From contig NMRA01000588.1 in the NCBI GenBank assembly GCA_002633005.1, forward strand, positions 124,001 to 188,000: a stretch of DNA of 64,000 nucleotides, given 5' to 3'. Below, one piece after another: positions 51,301 through 63,300 of this stretch. The position numbers were made by a program, and so were the translations under genes. Below the pieces are notes generated by a model. That model made no database searches. It was not told the DNA's origin and saw nothing but the letters and a program-made list of their open reading frames with translations. Within the stretch, counting starts at the first letter, position 1. Each line of letters starts with the position of its first letter. The DNA is from Phoronis australis. Lineage: Eukaryota > Animalia > Phoronida.

Positions 51301-54300
51301 TTTCTCATTGCCTTGAAAAGGAACACAATAGGTGCTTCCTGGGAATGAATGTTAGTCTGTGTGGATTGCAATTTTAATTCACTAGAAACAAGAATTTTCG
51401 TTAACAACTCTAAAGTAAACTTTCATTATTCATACATTTTGTTAAGTATAGTCTTATTTATTTGTAGATATCTGGCTACACTGTCTCAGATCCCTTGTCT
51501 ACTCCAAGAGACCTCGGCTATGTTTCACCAGACAAAGTGGCAGTTTGTAGCATATTAGAAGGCAAGCATGCTGATATCTCTCATAGTAACCTGTCTCATG
51601 AAGATGCAGTGAATGAGAACAAGAACTTGAAAAAACAGGTTGCTGCTCTCTTGGGTCAGACTGTTGATGTTTCAAAGTTCGATCAAATCCTCGGTGAAAA
51701 TAAGATGCTGAAAGAGCAACTTGCGAGTTACCAGAATGAAAACATACTTACATCAAAGCTGACTTGGCAAGATTCTGGTGGCCATACCTATCCTTACTTA
51801 CAGAATACTGGCACAACACTGCATAGCATCCGCTCGGATGATGCATCTTCAGACGACCTAATACAGGAAATTCTGTCACTTCGAAGCCAGCTGGAGAGAC
51901 AGCAAAGCCAAACAGGTGCTGAAAATAGCTTAGTAGTAACTGATGTTGGCTGTAAAGATCACCTGCAGACCGTCAAAGAGGACAATGCTCGCCTTGAGGA
52001 TGAAAAGTCTCAAGTTGCCATGAAATTAGAATTGTCTCAAAGAATGTGTAAGGATCTAGAAGCAAAAAATACTTCTTTGCAGAACGAGATGGAAGAACTG
52101 AAATTAACTATGTCCTTGGCTGAAAATGAGGATAATGCACTGAATGTTGAGAATGATTTGTTGAAAACGAGGTTGTCGGAAGAAAGAGATGAAAAGTCTC
52201 TGGTTGGCAACCGGTTAGATGCTTCTCTGTCAAAGTGTGGAAATCTGGAATTGAAGGTTAAGGCGTTAGAAGATCAACTGCATTCTTCTCACATGGAGAA
52301 ATACACTTTCCAGCAAGAGCGAGATGCTGCAACCCAGGAGGTTGAGTCTTTGAAGCAGCTCAACTCAACTTTAAAAGATGAAAAGCAACTAATCGAAAGA
52401 GAATTTGCAAAGCTAAAAAAGAAGTTTGCCAAAGACACAGAAGATCATGCAGTATTACCATTACACCTTCCTCTTAAAAAGGAGCTAAGTCCACCTAAAA
52501 GTGTATTGTCTCCTGTTATTGAAGAAACCAACGCTTCATTATCTCCTGTCATTGAAGAAATAAATACTTCATTGGAAGATGGTGCAGAAGCTTTAGCAAA
52601 GAACGAGGTTGATGATTTAGATGTCAGTCAGGTTTCTTCTGTTAGCAGTGTGTCCACATTACCATCGCCGTCGTCTCTGGACTTGGTAGACGCACAGAAT
52701 GGGATAGAACAAGACTTGAAGAATGAAGTTATGAAGTTAACAGTTGCACTTGATCAACAAAAAGAGGACTTTCAAGCAAAGTTTATAGACTTGGAAAAGA
52801 GATTACAGGTAGAGAATACCAAAAAGAATGAAATGGATTTGGAGCTTGAAGTACTAAGGTGCAAGTGTAAAGAGTTAGAAAGTGAGAAACAAAAAGCAAT
52901 TTCAAGTTTTGTTGAAACGCAGAAAGAATTGGAGTTGACACAGGAACAGTACAAGTTGGATGTTAGCCAACTGGATTCAGAATTGAAAAATGTTGAAGTT
53001 CATTCAACTCCTAAACAAGAAAAGAGCAACTTGTCGATCACTGATTTGGAGGTCACTGAAGTTCCACCTGGGGTCTACAGTGAAGGCTTTGATGTCTCTT
53101 TGTCTGGATCTGGTAAAACTAGTCCGCTAGTAATGTGTGAAAAACTGGAATTTTTGGAGAAGAGCAATGTGGAATTGGTGAAAGAAAACAAGGTACTGAA
53201 TTTGCGGCTGTCACAGCAGGAGAGAATTGTTAATGAGTTGCGAGAAAGAGTAGATCACTGCGATTTTTCATCCAGTGACTCACAGAGGGCACTATACACT
53301 GAGCAGCTGTCAATGTTGCGTACTCAAAGGGACCAGTTATTTCAGCGCCTTGAAGTTCAGCTGGACAAGGAACGAACTATGTCTGACATGTTAGGACAGC
53401 ACAGTATGCTGGAAGAGAACCTGAGACGAGAAAAGCACCTGTTAGCATCCAAACTGAGAGAGAAGGAGGCCATTGAAGTGCAACTATTGGCTGAGCGAAC
53501 TGCGTTGGAAAAAAGCATCAGAGAGCAGCAACAACTGGAAAGCTCTCTTCTTCAGAAGGACCAGATTGAAGTAGAGCTTACTAAGCAGAAACGGTTATTG
53601 GAGAATGAACTGGATGAAATAGAGTCCCGTCTTGTGGAGCGTGAACTACAACTTGAACATGAAAAGGAATTGTTAAGTGAAGAATTGAAAACCAAGGACA
53701 TGGTTATCCAAAGGTTGGAGTCTGTGTGTAAACAGTCAAACGAGAAAAAGACTGTTGCATTTTCCGTAGAAACTAAAACGGGTTCTGACCAAGGTCGGTC
53801 TGAGGTGAAACCGAGTTCACGTAAATGTAAAGCCGTTAAAAGTACACGCCGTGATGTCGACCGAGAACATGCAGATGCTATTGAGAGGTTAAGACATGAA
53901 TTATCAGTGGAATTTGAGTCCACAGAATCTTCTAGAAAATATCATTCTTCATGGTTGTCCTTGTAGAAATAACTGTAATAAGTGTGTGTAGTCAAGCTAA
54001 CAGGTTGGAGTGAAGTGGCCAGAATGCTTACTCCACAAAGAATACGCATACCATTGTATGTTACAAAATGTGGCTTCAAGTCAGCTAGTCATAATAACTG
54101 GTCCAAAATGTTATTAGTCTCTTGGTTTAGATAATGGGGTAGAAGGAATTGACCAGTTGATGTTGAACCTGGCAAATGACACCCATAACATTTTATTGTA
54201 ACTGTTGAAAAATAGTTCATGGTAACATTTAATGTAATGTACATTTTATTCTGTGGTTGTTCATTCTGTGTGTTATTTGGGTTGTGTAATGTATTGGTAT

Positions 54301-57300
54301 GAAAAATTATTTGAAGATTGTGCTGTGCCATATGATTTCATTGCTTGTTTTAAAATGTATGAACTGACGAGGGTAATCCGTTAACAACATCTGTATGAAT
54401 TTATTACATTACATGTAATCTGCAACTGTACAAGTGTAGTTGCATCTTTCATTGCCATTGTGTGAGCCAATGTTTACTTGTGAATCAAAGCAGTTATATT
54501 TTTATTACTTGGTATCGACACATTACAGTACTTTAAAATGTAAATTGCTTGCTTTTTTGTTGCTGTATGTTTAGTGCGAAATGTGGGCAGAGTAAAGTTT
54601 GTTGCAGTCGTTTGAGAATCTCGGACTTGTTTGTTATTTCAAGTGGTTGATTGTACTTTAAATGCCTTTAATATTAAAAGCTGTCTTGTTGAGGCAACAT
54701 TATGGTATTTGAGCAATAAAGTTAATTTAAACATACCAATTTTGCACTGTGCCCAAATTTTCAGATATTAAGAGCATAACTGATGTTAGTTTGCACACAA
54801 TTCCCTTCAGTGGAAGGTAAAATTTGTGAAAGGCATTTTGCGAAGAACATTTTGGCTTGAATCGCATATGTAGTCTTCATAGTAAGTGGTGGGTGTCCTT
54901 CACAAACAACCAGGCTTTTGAAATTGCATAAAAGGTCCCTGAATGCAGTTCTTAGTGAGCATGGCTCTTAGTCATATAACTGTCCTAGTTGAACTGTGCA
55001 ACTAAACTGACAAGGGTTTATGGTACTGGTTGAGAATCGTTTTATTACCCCATATAGATTCTAAGTGGCCAATGGGTGGCACTACCATCCTGCTGATTTT
55101 ACAGAATTTTTTCTCAATTTTTCAATGGAACATTTCAACAAGCTTCATGAAAATGCTTGAAAATATACCGTTGGTTGAAATGTAATGTAGTGGAAAATGG
55201 AAGTTTGTCACTTGCAGTTGGAAATCCATTGATGATTTTTAAGTACTACCTAAATACAAACATTAATTGTAAAACTGAGGTAATCAGTGATACTAAGTTT
55301 GTTCACATATAGGCACATCATTCGAAATACTTGGTTTTTTCAAAAAAGAATGCCGCTCATTGGGTATGCATACAGGCTCATGAATTGAAGCGTTACTGTC
55401 ATAGATTGATATCCAAAAATTAATACTTCACAGGTACTTCACACGTGACACATCACGTACTAAAAACTACAAACATGAGTGATTTGGCTAACATCTAGCA
55501 AGACTGAGACATGGTGTTGGCAGTAATATTTTATCACTGACATTTATACTGTTAACTATTGTGGATAGAAGAGTGAACAAACAGCAACGTATCCAAACAA
55601 TTCGCTGACTTCCTGAGCTTTCAAGAGTTGGAGGAGTGGGTATGAGTTCCATACGAGTGAGAAGATACATGTTGGTGTTGGCCAATATACAAAATGTAAC
55701 TTAGGCTCAGGAATGTGTGTTAGTGAATGTTCCAAAGGTGCATGGTGTTAACAAATTATTAACACCATTTTTGAAGAATTATGTGGTTGAACTCCAAAGT
55801 TCCCTTGCTTTATGTCCTTTATAGTGTAATTGCTGTCATGATATTAAATGAGGGTTTCAGGTTTTCCTAGTGAGTTTTCAAAAACAAGGTTTTCACAGTG
55901 ACCTACACCGTAAACAAGTACTCATTTCACTGTTCTTCACTAACATTTTTAGAGAGTTCTAAAAATGTACAGCTGGCCGTCAGCCCTAATCAAGCATATG
56001 TGTTGTAGGCTTGGGAAAAGGTAGTTGTTATGAACCCTCCTCGAGTAGCTTTTAAGGTTAGAAGTAAACCTCAGAAAAAACTTTTAATAGTTGGCTAACG
56101 ATGTAAAGTATCTTGGAAATGGCTGATTGGATTTAAATGAAATGTTCAGATATTACTAATTTTTAATTCGTTCCCTTTCTAAAGAGGCTTAATAACTTGC
56201 GTTTCATCAAACAAGGGATCTTTGATAAGAAAGTGGTCGTGAAAAGTTTTTTGTGATGGATGGTAGGTTTAATTAATATAGCCTAATCTTGATGTGGACC
56301 ATGCGGTTAATTAAGTTATATCTTTAGAATGTGTTGTTGGGGCTTGTTATCCTCGCTAACTTGTAAGTAAATTTATTTAATGTTTTGTGCATTGTTGTAC
56401 AAAACTGTTGATAATTGGTTTTAAGCATTTGTTTCAAATTGGGATGTTTCTGATGTTGGTGAAAAAAGTCAATTATATAAAACAAAAAAGTTGTGTATAG
56501 AAATCTGGTATGTTTTTGAGATTTCATCATAATGAACATGCGTATCTAAATATTCTTCCTCTTTTTACCATGATTGTTTTAGTGTTAATGCAGCTTTAAT
56601 TTCTACAAAATTATGTCAAATTACCATCATTGACAGGTTGATATATAAAGTCCAGTGTTAGGGCGGTTGTCTGTCGTAATAAGCGCCCATGTTCGGTTAA
56701 CCGCCCATCCCCTACTTTAGGTCGATTTTTCGATTTAACAGCCCACTGCTCGGTTAACCGCCCTCCCCCGATTTTTTGGATTCGCCAATTTAACCGCCCA
56801 GAGCGTTAACCCGAACGATTACAGTAATTTAACAGAATTTGGTTAAATGCACTGGCGTGCTGGTGTACGCTTCATAACTTAGCAAGTCCTTATTTTGCCA
56901 ATTATTTTTGAAACTATAACGATCTGCAAAACTATATTTTCTGAAAGAAGAAAACATGTAAGAATCGTATCTTTGGCTTTATAGCAATATATCATTATTT
57001 TATTCACGTGATCATTTTATTTTAGTAAAATTAAGGAAATATGTACATTCATAGCAAAATAACGGTATCATTAACACAACCGCATTTTGTTTCGACTCAA
57101 ATGTTCATGATCGAAAATTTCCAAAGAATTTCAATAGTTTTCTAAATTTGTTTATGCAACCTTTGAATGCTTACACAAAAACCATTCCTATCTTTGATAG
57201 AGTGCATGAAGCATATAGTACTTGAAAGTTTCATCTGATAAGCCATTTCTAAGATACAATTATGCAAGTTTGGACATGGTTTTGCTATCTTCCTTTAAAA

Positions 57301-60300
57301 ACCTTTCTCTTTGCCTATCTTTCTGGCTGCTCTCAAGGTGATTGTATTTGGTGTTGCATGCAGAATCACTGTACGACTCCCCAGAGCAGGTGCTGTGCGC
57401 ACAACTAAATGATTAATGTAGATCGAACATGTTCTTCCAAGTCGGAGGGCAACGTCTTAGTGTTAATTAATAATTGAAAATTAATATGTTGTTAGGCCTC
57501 TTCACTGTTCAGATGTGATTCAGCTTAACGTGTTAGGAGATTGTCTTGTGCAATCAAACAACGAGAGCAATGGTGGTGTTTTGTCTGGAGTCTTTGGGTC
57601 CAACATCGGTGTGACATGAGGTTGAAAATAGGATTTGGATGGCTTACTTAACGTTGAGATGAAACGAGAGGAGTCTGTTTTTAGATGTGAGCGTTTTCGA
57701 TAGGGCATTAGTGTTTAAGTCCGTATTTGTACCTGACGATGTTTCGAATCAGTGCTATGCAATTGGTTGGCCGCGAGAGCCAAGATGGACTTGTGGTCAG
57801 TTGGCTGCCGGATGGAATTCAGTTGGAACTGTCACAGAACAAAGTGAGTGCATCACATCAATTCATTACATTGGCACATAAAGCAATATTGCCACTGTTG
57901 TTGTTGTTGATACATGGTAAAAATGAAGTGTTTAAAAATTGCCACAATTTCAACTTTCCATTTTCTTAGATTGCATTGTAGAAAGTGCAATTTGTTTTTT
58001 CAACATTAATTGAGCTCCCTGATTTTCTATCTTTATGAACATGGCTAATATCACTTACCGTATATACATAGGTTTAGGTTGTGATAAACTCAGTCGGTAC
58101 ACTGACTCTTACCACTTCTCTTTGGCTGTCAGATGCAATGGTATAAACAGGTTACGCAGCCAAAAACAGCTCCCAACTCGTAAACCTGCATCACTGACTG
58201 CCTCACACAGACTCAAGTTGAGTTAATCGCCTTAAATACTGTCAAATTTCAAGACCAGCTCACAAAAATAACCAACATTTTGGATACCAGTAGCTTTGAA
58301 TGCTCATTTAATTTCAGTAGCAAAATGCATACGGAAAGTATTCTTCAAATGTTCAAAAATCTCAGAATGTGAATTTCACTGAGTGAAATTTTCAGTATTA
58401 AGGATGGAGCCGTTCTGAAAGACGAATTTTTACTGAATGGGATTGCTGTGCAAATTAGATTCTCACTGCATAATTCTCACTGGAATACATCATGTATTTT
58501 CATTATAGGGAAATATTTTCTCACTGATTTGAGTGGCATCTTCAGTTGTTGATTCTCATTGGAATCGCACTCACATAAGAAGATTCTCACTTATTTTCAG
58601 GATGACAATCCCTTAAGCTTTTTCAGAGGATGAACACAGTGTTTTCAAAACAATATTGTGCTTTTGGTATGAATTTGCAGACAAATCAAAGCTAAGAGCT
58701 GAACAAATGTAGTTGTTTAATGCTCTGGCTTATTTTAACATTTTGCCAATCTTTCTGTGGTTGTATGTAGATTGTATGAAAGCACCTGTTCTCAGATCGG
58801 GCATTTGTCATGAACATGGTTTTTCATTGTCATTCAGTTGCATCCTTGAGTATTGAAACAAAAATTAAATTTATGTAGCCTTCTAAGCCTGTTTGCACTG
58901 TTTCATTTTATGTAAAAATGCAGCATCTAATTCGCAATTATAGGTGTATATTAGTGTACGACCTATGATAAGATGGGACCCTTGTGCTCAAATGGAAATG
59001 ATGCAACTAAAGCACTTTCTAGAACACGTGAAACGAACAGTAAACACAAGGAGGGACTCCACATAATATGTTTCTATGTTACAGGTTTAATTTTTTCAAT
59101 AGCTGTGTTTCCATGTGTTTGAGAATCTCGAAATTTCGCAGGATTTTATGTAGGAATTTTATTTCCTCATGTCTGTTGTGTCCTGCGATTGAAAATCGAC
59201 CCCTATTTGCAGAGTCAGGCATTTATGGGTCAGGTAACGTTTTGCTTTTTGTTTGAGTAAAGAAATCAGAGAATAGACTGCAATTCTGCCATTGGCCGAG
59301 CAGTTATACTTGGAACTTTAATTGCGATGAGTAAACAAACTTCAAACTCATTTATAAACACCCTCAAAGTTAAATCGTGAGAAATTTGACAGAACTCAGA
59401 ATCCTAGCAACTTTGTGTCCCAAGGCAAGAAATTTTCCAACGGAAACTTGTTTGAAAAGTACCGCGAATTTTTGCCCTGGTACAGTATTTTGGTGTGTTC
59501 AATATATCACTGCTGTTCATTGGCTAATACCTTCTTGAAAACAGTGAATCTCAGGCAGCGATATTTGTACACGTCTTCTTATTTTCCTTATAGCTGACAT
59601 GGAATATTCATGAGATTGAGAATTCAATGCTCTCATGTTTCATTATTAATTGGTAATTTTGGACACATGGCTATGATATTGATTCATTTATTAGCAGTAA
59701 ATTGAGAAACCAAAATGTCTGGCTGCTACTGGAATGTACAATTTGTTACGTTACTGTCATCAAAGGTGTAACTTTTCCAGAACTCTTGAGTTCGGTTATA
59801 TTATACGGTGCTCATTAAATTTTATGTATTTTCTGATCAATTAGGGCTACAGGTGTTACATACTTGCATTCATTGCAGTTAACTTTGATTGAGCTGCTAG
59901 CTTTTTCAGGATCCCGTAATTTTTCAGTGTGAAAAATTGGCAGGTTGGTTTTTAATTAGGAGCTGCTGGATTTTTCAAATGTTATTTAGTGGTGGTATTA
60001 TACTAAATTCAAGTTATATTAAAGTTATATTAAAGTTGTATTTGGTTCACTACTGGGGAAAAATCAGCAAGGAGTTTCACTGGCTTAAACGCTAGCGCAA
60101 AACAAAAGGTCTGTGTACAAAGACGTCTTTTTTGCTAGTAGTTAGTTTGTTTCCTCGCCACCTGAGTCACCTTTAAGTGAAATTTGATGTCAAAACATGG
60201 TCACTCTCTGTCGTAGTTTGATTACTGCGATGTTAAACAAAGGACTGTTACCCCAGCTCCTGTGTGTCCTTTGATGTAAGTGGTCTGGGTATACAAAATG

Positions 60301-63300
60301 GCTAGCAACTGCAGCAGTTTTGGGGTAACTCAAATCATCAGGAAAACATTAGCAAAATGACACTGAATTTAATTGGCATTTTGTGCCGCTAGCGAAAATC
60401 AGTGCTAGCAAAAACGCTAGCGTTTTATGAACCAGGAATTAGTGGAGTACTTATAGTAAGTCTTCTTTTCATCTATGTGACCCCAAATAGGATGTGTATA
60501 ACCTCAAATCTGATGTTTGTAGTTGTAAGGTTTGGTTACACAGTATCCTTATGTGTTATGGTATCTTCTGTAATATTGTCATTTGTTCTAGTCTGCTTCT
60601 GGAATTTTGCCATTATCACAAAAATGTGCTGAATTTTATTGTTTGTTTTAGCATGGCTTAGTTAATTAGTGAATTAGTGCTTGGGATGAGTTTGAGAGAT
60701 TTATTGATTGATTCCTCGCAGTGTCACTGCCGGAGGCAAAACTGAATTCTAAAGAAGAATTGCAGACAAAACAGATACAAAGAATTGCATTTGGATTCAA
60801 TACACACTTGTTCAACACAAGAAGAGCCAAACTAGTGGTCATTAGAAGCGTACTTGTGTACTTTGAAATTCCAGGAAAAAGTACACCGTTTTAATTATAC
60901 AAATGATCATGTTCCCAAAGGATTCATGAATAGTGGAAAGTTGTGACACCCCTATTGGCAGACACTGACACTACACAGTCATTGCAGTACAATGCATGCG
61001 CCAGCCAGCGGATTTTATGGTATAGACAACGATAGGAGTTTTATCTGAATTGACTAACCGTGTACGTTCTGAATATTTTTTCCCTCACTAGCATTAGTTC
61101 AGCGAAATTTGGTGGAGCTCAGAATCCCAGCAAATTTGTGTCTCAATTTTCCTGATAAAAATTTCTTTGAAAAATACTCAGGGAATTTTCCATCAATGGG
61201 AGTGTCACTATTAGCTGGGTCCGGTGTTTGATCACAAGTCTATGACTCAAACTGCTTGGCTTCATGTTAAATTGTGTAACCTGACTTTATACTGCCATTA
61301 ACAATTCTTTCCTATGTTTGCTGTCAATGCACGGCTCATATTTTTGATTGTTCTCTTTTGAAGCTGGAGTCCTTGAAATCTCAACAGGACCGTGAAATTG
61401 ATAGTCTTAAACAGGAACTAGCTACCACGAAAGAAAGTCAGGTACACGCTTCAAACCTACTGTATTGCTCCTTAGTTTTGAATGTATTGAACATAAATTA
61501 AATGTTATTATACTTTGTTTTTAAACTTTATTGGGAGTCAGTAGGTTGACTTTCGCCATTGTTGGCATAAACAGCAATAAAACGAATACAACAGTCACTC
61601 AGGCATGCAGTCTTATTTTGCTTTTTACGACTTGTTCGCAACATCATACTTGCAGTACGTTTTCAAAATGTATTAATAAATTAATTTACTACCGAATTGA
61701 CCAAAAATGACTCTACATTTACATTTTTAGAGTACAGTGACTGAAGAGACGCAAAGGTTAAAGGTCACTCATAGTGAGGAGATTGAAAAATTGAAAAGAC
61801 AACATGAGGTAATGTGGGTGGTTCATCCATTGAACTTTTTTGTGGAATTTTTCTTATATTTTCAAAAGTTATTGCACCATTGCAAAAACTACAGAATTAT
61901 AATTCTAGTAAAAAAATCCAGGAGAAAATCTTCGAAAGGAGTTGCGTGGATGAGCCTAATTTTAAGAACAGTTTGTGATTGTTTAGTTTTACAAATTTGC
62001 AGCATCTGCTAGTTTCTGTAAAGAGGCATGTCTGCTCACTGTCAGGAGATGAGAGTGCTTTAAATTGTCACTTCCTCAATGGTCATATCTAGAAGTGTGC
62101 AAATATAGCCTTGGTTTAAATATCTAACTGCAATTGAATTGAAGGGATCAGTTGCTGGAATGGCAGATCAGACAATATTGTTTCCTGAAGCACTTTTAAA
62201 CCCGTAAACAGTCTGAGCATTCTTTGTAGCAACAAAAATAATAATTTATCCTTAATGTCAAGGAAAATTTTAGACGTTTTTTTTAGAGTGAGAACTTGCC
62301 AAAATTTGACTTCGTTTTGTCTAACCTGCTTTACATTTGGAAATGCAGGATTAACACTGTGTTCGTGAAGTAAGTAGACCTTAGAATACTTTCTTGTCAT
62401 TAACAGAATGATGTGAAACTGCAACTGGATGCTGTGAAGGTGAGCTTGGAGCAGGTGTACAACAGTCAGATGAAAGTCTACCAGCAGCAGGCTGAGAACG
62501 ACAAGCAACTCGCTCTGACCAATCAGAGGCAGCAGCTAGAGGAACAGTGGACGGAGAAAATGAAACAAGTTCAAGACGAAGTTCAGGTTAGGCAGGGGGA
62601 CTACTATAAAAGTTAACACCAGGGGGCATTAAACTGAGCATGGACATTAAAAGCTGTAGTGGGTGTTTACTTGAATTGGTGATTTGCATTTACTACTAGG
62701 AAGTTATCTTTGAAGTAAGCTATTTCTCATTCAAGACTAAAAAGTTGTACAGAATACATGCATTGTGGTGCTAATGAGTTAACACACAAGCCAACTGACT
62801 GCACTGTGTGATGTGAAGTGAGCATTCCTCAAGATCTGATGCTTCACGGAATCTTCAGTTTGGACTGTGTAAATAACTGGTGAGCTACAAGATGGCTTGG
62901 CCAATAAGAAGTGAACATTTTACAAAATTAGAGGAGGGTGTTGAGGTTAATGAGCATGGTGTTGAACCTGGCTTTTCAAAGGCAGCGGCCAAGTCATGAC
63001 AACGATTTCTGGCAAAATATTGCACAGTAAGCAAATGATAGGAAATTTGGCAAAATTTGTTTGAGAACTTTGAGGATTTATATTATTCTGAATGGTGGAT
63101 GGCTAAGAGACGAAAAAGATAGTCAGAAAGAAGGAGGAAAATCAAGCTCTAAGTTTGCTTCTCATAGTGAAGTAGTTTCATCAGCAGTATGACCGTTGGA
63201 AATTCCTGACATTTTATAGCAACCAATTTCAATTCAAACAAAGAATAAGATTGTGATAACTTTTCTCTAAAAGCAAATATGTCTGACTCAGAATTGTTTA

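Noticed and set aside
47769-53923. Ser/Phe-rich minus-strand ORFs (47769, 47976, 48047, 52772, 53552, etc.)
   Set aside because: Antisense shadows of Glu/Lys-rich coiled-coil exons
60722-60893. Possible extra exon after an AG at 60721
   Set aside because: The phase-0 frame stops quickly and no suitable donor was found
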